NCBI GenBank assembly: GCA_900088475.1
Contig: FLMG01000787.1
Span: forward strand, 62,001-126,000
Source: Hyphochytrium catenoides
Lineage: Eukaryota > Protista > Hyphochytriomycota
Length of the DNA: 64,000 nucleotides
Direction of reading: 5' to 3'
The position numbers were made by a program, and so were the translations under genes. Shown in pieces: positions 34,301-48,300 of this stretch. The first letter of the stretch is position 1. Each line of letters starts with the position of its first letter. The notes under the pieces were generated by a model that searched no databases, was not told where the DNA came from, and saw nothing but the letters and a program-made list of their open reading frames with translations.

Positions 34301-36238
34301 ACAAGTCAGTGTCGACCTTCTTACCTAGGGAATACAAGGCAAGCACTCGTTGTGGAGATGTCTTTCCCCTTGCTTCAGGCACAGCGTCATTCCAGTTCCC
34401 GGACGCACTGAAATACACGGTGACTGTAGACAAGGTATCTCTCGCAACGGAGAATAGTCGACGCCGGTCGCGCGAGAAGCGAAGGATACTCACTGCCAGT
34501 GAGAGCAGGGAAGACAGTGTAAGAAGGAAAACAGAAGGAGACAGACCAGATAGAACGCGGATGTTGAGAGACAAACACGTCTCTAGGAGGCTGTGAAGGA
34601 TGCAATATCGATGGAGACAAACGAAGAGGGACAACGTTGATGGGGACAGGGTTCGTTTCCTTTTATCGCCTTGGAGCTCTCCCAAATTCCTCCTGCTTAC
34701 CTCCGTCCGAATCGAGGTTCGATATCTGCGCAAGCACTACCCCGGTGATGGCATCCCAGACCCAAATGGAGCAGGGCAACGCGGAATCTGCGGTGGCCAC
34801 CAACTTCCCATCGAAGGAAGGCACCATGCAACATATTGCAGCCTGCTTGCAGGAGAATGTGAGTGAGAGGGGAGAAAGGCTAGATGCGAGGACACTAGGA
34901 AGAGTAACAGGAGAACAATGTTTGGGAAATCTTGATTTGTGGACAGAGTAGAGAACAATGGTGGGAGAAGGGAGAGAGAGAGACAGCTAGTGAATCAGAG
35001 GCCAGTGAGGACCTTGTGCATTTTGAACATCCTCTGGGCGTTGAGCCGTAGGTTAAGGCTGATTCCCATAGATCCAGCTGGAAAGAGAAGCTGTCCTTCT
35101 TGGCCGTAGAAAACTTCGCTCCTGGTCGGAAGGCGCGAGTAGCCAAAGACATGCAAGAGAGAGGGAGACAAGGATAGAGGAGCGGTGGACTCTGCGATAG
35201 GTTCAGAAGGAGCCATGACGTTCATGGGAACGCTGCAGTACGTCTCCGCAGCATCTGAGGAGAAGGGGAGAGGAAACATGAAGCGAGAGGTAAGAGAACG
35301 GAAGGAAAGAGCAATGAGAGAACGGAGAACAAAACATACACAAAGTCACAGACAAAAGGCAGCGTATCACAGTTCACTTTGATCTACCTTTGCCCTTGTG
35401 TCCGGTCCCATCCTCCGTCTCTTGAGACTTTCCGACTGCTTCGTCGCCCGACTGGTCCCCATCGGACTCAATCGCGCTATCTTCATCCCTTGTAAGTCGC
35501 TCCCAGACATAGACTGACCTCTGCTTGGGGCAAAGGGAGAGAAGGAAAGAGCCATCAGCTGTCCATTTAACCTTGCTTATACCTTCAGAATGCCCAAAGA
35601 AGGTATGACAAAGTGCTCCTTTGAATCCTGCTGGGAAGCGGAATAGTCTTAGTCGGCAGAGATCATCTGCTGCTGCCACAAGGCGCCCAGATTTGGGCAC
35701 TACAGAGACAGTGGAGTTCCTCCCCCTCTCTTTGTCATCACTTCCGCCTGACGCCAGCATTTCAGAGCCAAATGCAGGCCAGCTATCGACGGAGGTTACG
35801 ATCGCATTAGGATAGTTGGAGTCCCAGCAAGCCTGCGAAGCCCAGGAGAGAGGACAGCTGTTGGTAGCCCACTCTATGTCCTTCAGCACTCCCGGGACAG
35901 GAATGTGCGATCCAGTGGTGACATCAGCGAAGAGAAGATCCAGAGAGGAGTCATTGCTTCTCAAGTACTGTCCATCGATGGAGAAGTCAAAGTGTGTCAC
36001 TGGCGCTTGGTGTTTGGAGAAAGTCCCGCATCGCTGGTAGTTCTTATCTGCCATGTAGATGTAGATATTATTGTCTGCTGAGGCGGCCTGCAAGAGGGTG
36101 GCACCGAACAAGTGTCAGCAGAGGGTATGCAGAGGTGCAGTGAAACAGTCCGGGCCTTGCTGGTCCCAGTAAGTAGAGAGGTCAAGGAACAGGCTTTTGA
36201 AGCAGGCGTGAGACAGATGTCGTCGATGGAGATGAGCA

Positions 36239-36286
<48 letters not shown>

Positions 36287-39200
36287 AAGAGAGAGATGGA
36301 GTCGGCGGACATAAACCTCATTACGATCGTCAATAGTAGCAAGAAAGAGTAAGAGGGGAAGTCAAAGCTTCACATCGAAAGGGTAGAACTCCATAACGGG
36401 CGCACTGAAGATAGTGCGCGACTTACTGCCAGGACGGTGCCAGTGTGCGAGTACTTTATCTCGAGGATGGCCATCTTTGAATCCTGGAAAGAGTGCGCCA
36501 CCTGCAGACTTTTCTCGTCCGTCACAATTAGAATCTTCCCATCAGCACTATGTCTTCCTTTGGAGCTCTCGCTGCCTAGACCGATGGCCAACAGCTTTCC
36601 GGTAGGAGAATAACAAACAGAACGCGCACTGTTCTCCAGATCCAAGCTTCTGATTGCGGTTTTAGTGGATAAGCTCCAAATCTGAAGCTTCTCATCGTCA
36701 CCCACTGTGGCATAAAGATCAGGAAGCTTTGGGTGGACGGCCAGTCCCCATAGCTCGTCCGACGTGTGTGTATGCATGAGGACAGAGCACTGGGAGCTCC
36801 TTACTTCCCCTTTAAGTAAGTGCTCCGTCTCTATCTGCCAGATCTGTCCTCCAGAAGAACCTATGGCGGTGGTCTTGAGATCTGGTGAGAGGGCGAGGCT
36901 GCGAAGGCGAGTCTCATGCATGCCGCCTTGAGAGCAAAATCTATTAGGAAACGCTGTAGCTAATCACATGCCTACTTGTCTTGCTCTCGTCAGTTTTCCC
37001 TCGCTCCTCTTTGTTCTTTACAGATGTACTGTCTTCTTGTTGCTTTCTTGGCCCTTGCTCCGCCATCCCTTCGTCTACTAGGATCTCTGCACTTACTGAT
37101 TTTAAGGGTCTCGATCTCGTGCAGGCACTGAAGAGAGCGATTCCAAAGCTTTAGCATACCATCCCTTCCGCCGGTCGCGAAGCCATCTCTGAACGGCGCC
37201 AAGAGAGAGATCGCAGAAGTGTGCGCTTTGATGGAGGAGGAGAGAGAAGAGCCGTCGAACTGACAGATGTATCCGTCGCTTGTGGAGGCAATTGGCTGGC
37301 ATTGCTTGCCGTTCTCAAGGTAGAGACAATCAATGAATATCTGCGCATAGGCATATGGAGGACGGAAAAGAGAGCAGTCAAAACGAGGGCAGGACTCAGA
37401 CTTTAAAAGAGGAGGAGGATAAAGGAAGAGAGTGCAGAAAAGCTTTCTCCAGCTTTGCTATCAGGCTCCCTTACGCGTGCCTCAGTGCTCTTCCTGTCAG
37501 TGCCTTCATTTGCATCTCTCACCTTAGGGTTGTCGTTCTTCACTCCTGTTATGGAGGCTGGTGTGTGCTTGCAGAAGGGAGACGTTTCCCAGAAAGATAC
37601 ATGTTGAATGCCGCAGGTCATGATTAAGGGGAGACGAGGGTGAAAGCACGCGCCTAGCACTTTGTTGGGAGAGAGAGTGGACCTGAAGGAATGATATGTC
37701 GAAACGAGGGATGAGAGACACATAAGAAGATGAAGCCGGAGAAGAGAGGAGAGAGATACATGGTGTCAGGCTGACAGAGCGAACCGATCATTGAGGTCCA
37801 GCCTGGACAAACTGATAGAAGCAAATAGCCACTTCTCCAAAGTACAAGCAGCCAAGCACAAAGAGACAATCTTTAAAAAGCCCTGAGAGTCGAATGAGCA
37901 GAAAGAGGGCCTGATTACCTGTGGAGGACGTGGCCATCTTCCCAGTGATAGAGGATCAGAGTGTTAAGAGGATCCAAGCCGACAGAAAGTAGGAGCTCTC
38001 CTGTTCCTTCAGAGAATCGCAAGAGAGAGACACCACCCTCATGTTCGCCTCTCAAGATCTGCCGCACCTCTCCCTTCATTGTGCTCCAGATGACAATGCT
38101 GGGGCAGGTCCCTGCCTCCCCGGTGGCCACAAGGTCTTTCATCGGATGCATAGCAAATGAGAGAATCTCGTCCTTATGTGCCTGTGGTGCAAGGACAGAG
38201 AAGACGCAGAAAATTTGAACTCGACGTCAGAGAAGCCTTCCTTCTTCAAACCCTGGCTCGCCGACGCCTCAATCTTCACTGGCTCTGCCCGTACCACCAG
38301 TAGTTTGGCCTGCCCCCATATAAAGTCCTCTTAACAATCTTTTTACCTAGTGTCGCTGTGCTAGGTGAAAAGATCCGTACCTAATCCTGTTTCCCCTTCT
38401 CCTACACCCCCTTGCTGCCTCTCAAGGCTAGTCTTATTAGGCCTGCAGCGCCTTACCAGATTGAATCGCTGTGACCTACTACTTTGATCAAGAGAGACAA
38501 CCACAGCACCAGCCGTGTAGACCAGCCTGCCAGCAACGTCATACTCAAGGTTCCGCCTCAGCTTCTCCGCAGAGTAGCCGCTGACCCATCGTAGCGTCAG
38601 GCGGTCAGTCGGAGGCGTTAGGTTGGGTTCAGTAACGGTAGATGAGGATGGCGCAACCACACTCTTCAGCCACATTCGTAAAGGATTCCCTTGTTCAGAT
38701 GGCTGGATAACTATAAAAATTTTAAAGGTATAGAGAGAGCTTGAGTGAGATGGCTTCCTTCGAGAGCACACATTGTGACATGGCCGCGTCCCTTTGCCTC
38801 TGATCGCCGAATAACGTCCTTCTCCTTGTCTCTCTTCTTTCCGCGAATCCTTTCCATTTCATCCTATCTCTTGTCGCTCCCACTATGCACTTCGTCATTC
38901 TCTATTGTGTCCTGCCCTTTACATCCGTCATCTCACGCTCTTTCTTCTCCTGTCTTAACATACCATTCGCTGTGCTATTGAGAGCTCCGCTATCCAGCGT
39001 CCGGTGAACAGTCTCTAGTCCTACGTCCCGGACGAAGGCACTGCCAGGGAGCAGTTCCTTTGCCCCAGCCTCCACCTCTTCCTGTACGAGGAAGCCACTC
39101 GCCTCTGCAGCTTGTGAAGAGGAGACAGAAGGGGAAAGCTTTATTCTCTCCCATTGAAGGATGCAGGCGTCTTCGCTGCACGACAGTAGATAATCTTCCT

Positions 39201-42200
39201 CCTTTGTGCTAACGATATGGTTGATGGTGGCACCGTGAGCAGGGTAATATAGATGCGGACTTCCCATTTTAGTGGCTGGATAGTGAACGACAGAGAGTCC
39301 ACCAGAGCTATCACCTGCCACAACAGTCTACACAGCACGATAATGGACAGAAAGGATAGAGGGAACACAAGCACAAAGTCAGTGGCTCGGTAGCAAAGAT
39401 ATTCTAGAGCTACTAGCGGCATTTCTATGGGAGATGCGCGTCTGCAGCCACCGAAGCGGTGAAAAATAGAGTGAACGGAAGGATGTAAGAGTGGGAGAAT
39501 TATTAGGAAGCCTTCGAAGGTATTGGGCGGCAGCGACTGAGAAGATGATAGCACTTGCAAGTAGGCTAAACTGCTAATGACGGGAGAGGAAGTAGAGCAC
39601 TCTTAAAGCTCTGAGAGGAGGACGCTATGGACGTGCACCCACCGGGGAGGTAGATAACCTGCAGGTGACTTTGAACATTCTACCGTCATCTTGCTTTGGC
39701 CAGATTCCTATGGAGACAGAATGCCACCGTCAGCTATATTCCGAAGAGGAGAAGGAGAGAGGAGTGCAAGCAGAGCCGGACATAACGCAATCGATGATGG
39801 AGAAGTAGCACGAGGCTGCGAGGGGCCTGAGGAGAGCCCACGCAGAGCAACAGCACAGAACAGAAGGAGCAACAACAGAGAACAGCTGAAATTTTCCGAG
39901 AGAAGAAGATACGCTACAGTGGAAGCAGGGGTACCGAACCTTGCGTGCGATAGTTGAAAGGGACGGTAAGTGTTCCCCAAGTAATATCCTTCACGCTGNN
40001 NNNNNNNNNNNNNNNNNNNNNNNNNNNNNNNNNNNNNNNNNNNNNNNNNCCACTCTGAGTCCTCACTAAAATCCAGCCGAAGAAGGCCTTGGCCTTTCTT
40101 CACGTTAGAAGATCGGCTTAGACTTCCATAATCAGAGGCACGGTAAAAGTAGACACCGCCGTCCCCGCTCGTCATTCCCATCACGGCTCCATTGGGGGAG
40201 AACTTGATGTCCGTTATAGACTGCGAAAGGCCGTGAAGGAAAAGGAAGATAAGCCCCACAGGCCTTTCTAAGGTGGCAGTAAGAGAGTGAAGAATGGGAG
40301 AAGCGGATTTGAGAAGGTGTCAGCGGGAGACTGAGCTCCTTTACCTCACTAGCATCTCGAGCTTCGTGTACAGGCTGGAAGTCCTTTTCCCGCAAAACCA
40401 TAAAGGCGCCATTATTTCTATGTTGATGCTCCAGAGATCCGATACCTAGGACAATGTGCTGGCCATTTGCTGAATATCTTACGGCGTAGGCTGGCGGTCC
40501 TTCCAGCGTCATCATCCTTAGCAGGCGCTTGGTGCGGAGATCCCAAATGCGCAAGGTTCTGTCCGGGCCCACAGAGCAGATCTCTGGCCTCTCGGGATGA
40601 ACATCCATGCCAGAAACACCTCCTGCTTGGACCAAGAGAAAGAAAGAACAAGAGGAAGAGAGTGCAAAACGGCTGAGACAGACTCGAACTGGCGTGATCA
40701 CATCTTAAGGACTCTTTAAGAACTACTGAGATCTTTCAAAGAAACCCAGGAAAGAGAGAGATGTGGGGGGAGAGAGAGAAAAGAGACAGAGAGAGAGTGC
40801 ACGAGAGTAAAAGAGTTGAGATGAAAAGATTTTGCAATCTCAGAGAAAAAGACATAAAGAGAGAGGTAGTATGGGCAAGGAAAGGATATGGACGAGTTGA
40901 GAGATGGCGCACCTCTAAAATGACCCGTGACCAGTGGCCAAGGATGGATGTTGGATCCGTCCATCGCGCTAAGCTCCAAGACCTCAGACGACAGCAAACC
41001 CACGAGTATCTTGGTCCTGTCGGCTGCAATCTGTACGCTCTGCACTACTGGAAGGACCCCGAACGAGGAGACGTCGAAGACTGTCCGTGGCTCTAAAGCC
41101 TTAGTATATAGACGAATCTTATGGTCCTTTCCGCCGGTGATCACTCCGCTTGTAAAACTGCAAAGGCAAGTGATGGCATTCTGAGGGAGGACCATAGGGA
41201 GGAAGAGCAGAGACCATCACAAGGCGACAGGGTACGCAGCAGGGAGGAGAATGGTAGTCCCGGCAATTTGCGTGAGTCCTTCACCATGTCTACTAGCTCT
41301 CTTCCTCTCCCTCGCTTCCCCCTGTGTGTATATATTTGCTGCCTCTGCCTTCAACCCGCTGCGCCGACCCTTCTCTTTACTATGGACTATGGACATCGTC
41401 TCATTCGATGAGTTGCCCCTCCTCCTTCCATGGCTTGCCTGGTAGAGACCTCCTTGTCCATCTACACTTCAAGCGCTTCTTAAGGTCTTCATGGTCATGA
41501 CGTCGACACATTCTTTCTGTCTCTCCTTTCCTTCCCTCACATACACTCTAGATCCATAACTCTTGGTCGTCTCTTCTGATCCTTTTGACTTACATTGTGT
41601 GCCTTGATAACCTTTACGCAGTTCCTAGCGTACCAGAGGTAGAGATGCCCGCTAACAGTCCCGGTTAAGAGATAGTCTTCCAATGATCCCATACAAGTGA
41701 TAGTCTGTCTCTTTGCCTGTTGGCCGAAGATTCCCTTCTTCTTTGAGTATATTTCCTGTCCCTCTCTCCCCCAGAAAAAGATGTGATCTACGCCAGCGCA
41801 AGCAAAAGTGTCTTCCGTTGACGCGAAAGAGCATGCCAGGACTGGGAGCTAGACGGAACAGCCACGAGAAAGGTTTTGTTACTCAGAGCAGCGCAACAAA
41901 CGCTATTCATAGGATGACAGATAAACGGTCAATGATAGCAGAGAAGCGAAAGAGAAGAGCGAGAGATGGCGAGTGAGCGAGAGCGAGAGAAAGCGAGAGA
42001 GAGGAACGGCGGTGAGGACGCAGATGCGAGGACATAAAGCCAAGTAGAAGAAGAGCTCTGAGTTAGACAGAGCCACTGTTGGCTTATGTCGCCTTGGATG
42101 CGGTTCTATCAAGAGCGAAAGAGCTTACATGTGTCGCCACGGAAGTGTATAGAAGCTCTTTGCTGCGCCAACGATAGAGGCCGACCAAGTAATCTTTGTC

Positions 42201-44066
42201 CTTAGAGACCGACAGTAACAAGCTTGTATCCTTTGAGAAGGCGAGGAGGCATATCGTTCCAGCTTGATAACCTCTGCATACACAAATGAAGCCTTGTCAG
42301 TTACGGAGGATGCTCATTGTTGGAGATGAAGAGGGAGAAAGATTGGTTCCGATGTCTCTCCTTCTTACTTCAGGATAACTAGCGTCTTCAGCGAGTCTGG
42401 CTCCCACACCACAAGGCTCGAATCCGCTCCTCCATAACCTGTGGCCACCAGAGCTCCATTCTAGTTTAATAGGTCAGACGGAAGCAGGCGATATCGACGC
42501 TTAGTAAGAAGACAGGACGTGAAGGAACGGTCTGATGGATAAATAGAAAGGCTGTCAAATGCGAGGGGCACTCGGTTTAAGGTTTGGGGTTCTCCTTAAA
42601 ATGCGTGAATGCTTTAGCAGTGATAGCCAGAAGCTAGGGAGGCCCTATGAGCACGCGGGATACCTCTGAGATTGCCATGCACTGCACCGCTCCACCCCGT
42701 GCAGAGTAATAGCGCTGGGTCATGGCTTGTGGATTTAGGACAACAGAGATGGCGCCTGCCACATAAACAATGTCTCCAGTGCTGCTATACGCCACGCCTT
42801 TGCGGAGAGAGCCCTTAGCACCGTGAACCCATCGCAGTTCCAGACAATCTTGAGGCAGCCTACGGAACGCAGAGAGCCTTAATGTATCGAGCGGAGCAGG
42901 AATGAAGCCGCGCACCTCTGGCCGAATGGCGCTGTCGGTGATCTTAGCCCTAAGACGAAAGACTACCTAGTGTCTTCCCTTGGTGGTTGAGATGGAACAG
43001 CCTCCAATAGCATCCCATTGAAAGGTCTCTCTCCCCCTTCCGGCGCTGTCACGACTGCCTTGCTCTGATAGGGTAACTGACAGCGAGGTGTTAGCATTGC
43101 CAGCGGATGTCTCTATTTTGAGGACTTTCAAATCCCATTGATTAGAAGCTTACCAGCTCTTCTAAGTTGTCTGGCGTCTGATTGGCGTTGTTCCTGGTAC
43201 CTAAGGACCTGATGCGATCGTTATCATCAAAGTGTTCCATCCAGGACCTTGTCTCTGGATGCGTCAGGCAGAAGTGCAGGAAGTCGCTAAGGGAAATTCT
43301 ATCGTCCCCATTTTTTCCAGCTTGCCGAAATGCCTAGTAGCACTAGGGCTTAATACTGGAGCCAGAGACCTATCATAGAGGCTATCAGCCTACCTGGGCG
43401 GAGATAGACTCCAGTTCGATGTCTGTGGGGGATGTTTGGTTGGTCAATTTGCACAGTCCTGTCGCTGCGGATCTGAGAGCGAGAGTCATCTCATCGATAG
43501 TAATTGCTTTGACCTCATTAAAGTCATAGCAATTGAAGATGACTGCGCGGACATTGATGCGGGTTACAGTCAGACACAGTCTCCAGACAAAGATGTAGTT
43601 CAGACTAACATTTGACGGTGTCAGGAGTCCACATTCCTGACGCAACTGATAGCGTTGCCAGCGTCTCCAATGCATCGATGAGCCCATTCTATTAGGAAAA
43701 AAAGAATGCTTTTAGAGGAAGAAATAAGAACTCAAGATGGAGGAGCCAAAACGCTCTTACTTTGTCAGTGTCTAGAGCTCTAAATAGCTCCTCAGAAAGA
43801 GAGTCCATGCGCTCATTCGTGACATCAAGCTCCGTGCCCAGTTCTCTCATAATGTCTTTGAACTCCAACAGGCTGATGCCAAACCCGTCCGCAACGCTAT
43901 TGAACGTCTCCCACAATCCAACAACGGCTGGCCACGACACTAGAGAGGCTGTGAGCTCGAAGACCAATGGTAGCCCGCAATGAAGCATTTGCCACGGGGT
44001 GGACTTACGGTTTGTGAATGGGAGAGCCGCCTCGATATAATCAGCTTTTCCCAGTTTCTGTCCCAT
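31345..44066 (-). CDS. EF-hand-containing echinoderm microtubule-associated protein-like (EML5/6-type) WD40 protein, many exons
   Basis: MGQ start and EF-hand loops (DTDK|NGLID, DFNEVKAIT). HELP-like LELRWVHG and LTLRWVSGY, many WD repeats (TGGRDGMLKIW, ELWGLAVHP, THFDFSIDGQYLRSN). Last exon ...FLLSAGKKDGCIMLW...AVL* ends at 31345. Internal exon boundaries not all resolved. Confidence 0.88.
36244..36296. repeat. (GA/TC)n microsatellite in an EML intron
   Basis: About 19 perfect AG units plus an imperfect extension. Confidence 0.95.
39999..40049. other. Assembly gap (run of N) inside the EML gene
   Basis: Seen directly; it interrupts a WD repeat after FSEDSEW. Confidence 0.99.
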
Positions 44067-44455
44067 CTTGACAATACCTCGAGGAGAGGGGATTACTGGT
44101 CCTCTGCTATGATAAAGCGAGATCTCGTCACGTTATCCTCTTCTGTATAGGGGGTGCAGACTACTGCCCCAATCAAGTACCAATCTTAGCTGGTGGTGAC
44201 AACGCTTCCCTCTCCTCAGTCTACGTTTCCTGTGTGTAACAGTCACATCAGAACCATCCTCGAACCGTAGAGCCAGTGCGCCGCAGGCAGCTGCCCCATG
44301 ATGGTGACTTCCGCTATTAACCTCCAAGAGCCTGGACTCTAGATAGAGATCCAGGACGGACCAAGAAGACGATGAGGGCAGGGGAAGCCTTAGAAGGCTC
44401 ACTGTCCCTGGCTTCTTATAAAGGAAAGCTTGGCGTCTGAGAGATGATGGCGCGG

Positions 44456-44881
44456 GCGCCAAAGGACACACCTCCTTCGCCTTGCCGCTTGACCCCTCCC
44501 ACGGTCCAGCCTCTCATGGTCTATAAAACAGTACTGTACGGAGGAGATCCAGTACTGTACTGTAGGGATAACGTCGTACATGTAGTACCGCGTACACTTC
44601 CTTCGACGACTACAGTAAATCTACGAAGTTTGTTTCCCTGCTGGTTGTATCCTCCATGCTTGTGTGCGTTGTTACTGTTATCCCGTGTACACCATACTTC
44701 CACACGTAAACAACAGCGTGTATGTGCCTTGTGACTTGTGACTCTTCGATTTCGTGGTAACTAAATGAACCTTGTCTCTGATAATCATCAGAGTGATCTA
44801 TGCCTATCACAAGCTCCAATGTACCGGTCATACTGTAGAAGCGAAGAATGCCGCGAAAACGCATTCAAAGTGGCGCGGGAA
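44456..44881. promoter_or_regulatory. Divergent EML/ATAD5 promoter region with E2F-like sites and a TAC(A/T)GTA palindrome cluster
   Basis: GCGCCAAA 44456, CCGCGAAAA 44851, GGCGCGGGAA 44872; ACAGTACTGT 44528, CAGTACTG 44550, TACATGTA 44577, TACAGTA 44611. Confidence 0.35.
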
Positions 44882-45352
44882 GCGATGAAGTGCTCTCCCT
44901 ACAACTTGGCAGGCAAGTGAAGAGAGAACACCGCATTGACAAAGGACTGAAACAGCTCGTCCTGTTGAAGCCTGAAGATCCTTCCCCTTTGTCCGCTCTT
45001 GGAATGGTGCTTCCTCTCCTATGGTCACTTGGAAGTCTATAACGGTGCACTTGTCTCTCTCCTTTCTCTCACCAAGTCCTATTTGAAGGCTGCCTGGTCG
45101 AGATTCTTAATATCAAGTCGAGCAAATTGACCAGAGCACGAGGCGGACAGTGAAGCAGGATAAGCGGAAAGCGTGCTGAGTCCACTGGACTGCGGGCTTC
45201 CACAAACAGTGGGCGCCCGTAGCCTTCAAGGTCTCCCTACTCCCATTGTGCCGTACAGCAGGAGAAAGGAACCCCTTTGACGTGGGGCGGAGGTGTTCTT
45301 CTCGGGTATCATTAAGGTGCTTGCAGCTCGTTAATCACAGGTAACCTTCCGG

Positions 45353-48300
45353 ATGACGGTGTCCGCTGGACCTAAAAGGAGAAGGAATACTTCCTCGCCG
45401 GTCTTACAAGGGAAAGCTCTCACCGGTTTTTTCAATCAGCCAAGCATTGATATTAGCGACGGCACCTCTGAGGAGTCGGAAAACAATCCTGCCGTGCAGA
45501 ATCAATACTGCGATGCTCTAAACTCAGCCTCAACAAAGGCTTTTCCTCCTAGTCCCAGGGCCCTTAGCTCCATGGAAGCAAGAAAAGCGGACAGCGAGCC
45601 GGCTGACGGAAGGGAAGCAAAAAGAGTTCAAAGTGACAAGAAACCACGCAGGAAGAAGTCCGAAGGAAGGAAGACGGAGACAGCCGGAATGCATTCCCTT
45701 CAGGCACTGTGGGGTAGCCCTAAGCCTAGCAAAGATTCTTCCAGCACGCCCATCGACTGGCTCGTTGCTTCTTCTATCCCAGCTGAGGAACAATCGCCGC
45801 AAAAGGGGCAAGTAGCCACGCACACCTCCACCTCCATCACTCCTCCTCCTATGCAACAGCCAGAACACCCCTTCTTTTCAGTGAGAAAGCCGCAACCCGC
45901 GACCCCATCGCCGGGAGGAGACTCGTCCGAGAAAAAAAAAGATGTAAGGGATGGAAAGACAAAAGACGTTAAGAATGAGCTCAAAACCAAAAGAAAGGTG
46001 ATAAAGTCAAAGCCATCACAGCCTGAACCTCAAGGTGTAAATGAAGAGGATCAAAGCGAACTTGGGGAGCACAATGTAAAGAAAGCCGATGGAGGTCAAG
46101 GTTCAGCGAGGACTTTGGATTCCGAGGGTGACGCACAGCCGGTGAAGAGGACAAGGTTGCAAAGGAAAGCTAAGCAGGATGTAAAGTACACTGAAGAAAA
46201 GAAAGATACAGATAAAGACGAGGACCTCGAAGCTGAAGTAGAGGCCTCAAAGCCCGCGAGGAAGATTAAGACAAGCGGTAAAAGAGACAAGAGTGGAAAG
46301 AAGAAGTCAAAGAGTTTGGAACCGGACTCTGCATCCTCGGAGGAGCCAACAGCTGCGGAAATTTCAATTCTCGATCTATCAGAGGGATCCGAGGTGGAAG
46401 TAATTGAGCATAAATCAGGGAAAAGGCGAAAAGCAGACAAAAAGATGGCAGTAGAACAAGGAAGCGCTTCCAGCGACTTTTTCTTGACCCAAGAGGAGAA
46501 GAGAATTAAGGTGGCGCTGGAAGCTGCTGAAAAGCTTAGGCAACAGGTAGGATTAAACCCGTGGCTCCTTTTTACGGGCGGGCCTCATCGTCACTGGGGA
46601 TGACCCTCAAAGAACTAGCAGAAGCGTTTATAAATTTTTCTCATAACTTGCCACCCTCCTTTCAACTTCCGGTATCTCTGCTGACGTTGCTGGCCATTGC
46701 TGACTCTATCGTCGCAGATTGAAGCCGCCAAGCAATTGAATGAAGCGTTCAACGCAGGGCGGTCCATCAACCCTTTTTTTGCTCCGAAGAGGCCGTCCAT
46801 ACAGCAGCAAGCAAGCAAACGAAGTGATGGGGAGATGGAAATGGAAGGAAGTCTGGCCATGAACAATGCCAGGCAAATTCAACCAGAATCCTTGGAGGGA
46901 GAAAGTGACATTTCGGCTAGGAGGAGCTTGACCTGGCAATTGCCTGACTTTCCTTCGGCAGACTTTGTTGGACAGAAAGAGAAAGACTACGAGCAAGGAT
47001 ACATCTCCTATGGCTCGCTTTTGGCTGTAGCATGGCCATTGGAATGTGGAAAAGGTCATCTAGCAATACATAGCGTCTGCACCGAAGACCAGACGCCAAT
47101 AAGCATCGACTTAACGCAATCTGCAAGCCCCACCAGTCTTTTGACCAGCATCTCAGGTACACTTCGCTTCCCAGGTTTTCCTCGCGCTCTATACTTACCC
47201 GTACTGGGCTGTATGGGCTTAGGGTGGGCAGGTCTATTTTGCCATCTACACTAACGTTGGTCATGCTAGGCTTGCTTCATCCTCTTTGCTTAGCTAGCAA
47301 CGAACCGAAAGCCCGAAGAGAGGATTCCGGCATCAAGGCGGTGATAGACCTGGATGCGCCCATAGATGTCGAGGCTTTTGTAACCTCACAGGATCTCCAA
47401 GACCAGTGGCAGCAGTGGTTGCTCAACAACTTGGAGGAGTTGAAAACTAGACTATCGACCCGCTGGAATGTCGCCGGAAAAGAAGCAGAGCGAGAATTGA
47501 GACGGGTCATCCAGGTATCGCCCATCTCTACCTCTGGGTGCTGGGGTTCTGGTGCGACGGCTTCACTTGTCTTATCCCGACAATCCAAGATTCTGGCTCT
47601 AGGACATCTCCACTTCTTAATTCCTTATATGATGTGCTTCGCCTATTTCACACACGACCTCGCTTTCATTTGTTTCTTTCAGCGGAACAAGGGAGAGGCT
47701 GTGCACCTGCCATGGACAGACAAGTACCGCCCTTTGAGTCACTTGGAAACAGCAGGAAGTCCAGACACAAGTAAAGGTCAGATGGCACTATCAGTGCTAT
47801 TACCGCTCTTTTTTCCAGGGGTCTGGTTGTGGCCGTGGTGGTGGTGATGGGTAGGGGCGCTGTGGTTGTTCCCTGTGTACACAGCTGTGGTCATCTCGTG
47901 TTTTGACCACAATGATCACAGAGTTCAAGGAGTGGCTGCAGCAATGGAAGGACTTGAGGGAGGGTGAGCGCAACGAGACCGAGAAGGATAGTGGCTTTCT
48001 ATCAGATGAAGATTTTAGCGGATATAGTGACGTAGAGGAAGCTGACTTCCAGTCGTCGGTGTTCTTGCTGACAGGAAAGGTAGATATCTTGCCCTTGTCC
48101 TCGCTCCGGTGGTGCCAACAATAGCCCCGGCTGCCTTCACATATTCACCCTCTTCGCAACGGCAATTCTCCTTAATCTAACCACTCTCGAATCTTGCTTC
48201 TGCCCTTACGTTTAGACTTCGAGTGGAAAGACATCAACAGTCTATGCCTGCGCCACTGAGTTAGGTTTTGAGGTGATTGAGATAAACAGCAGCCACAAAC

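Noticed and set aside
39330-40050. Apparent deletion of part of a WD repeat in the EML gene
   Set aside because: It coincides with an N gap of uncertain true size, so it is more likely missing sequence than a pseudogene lesion.
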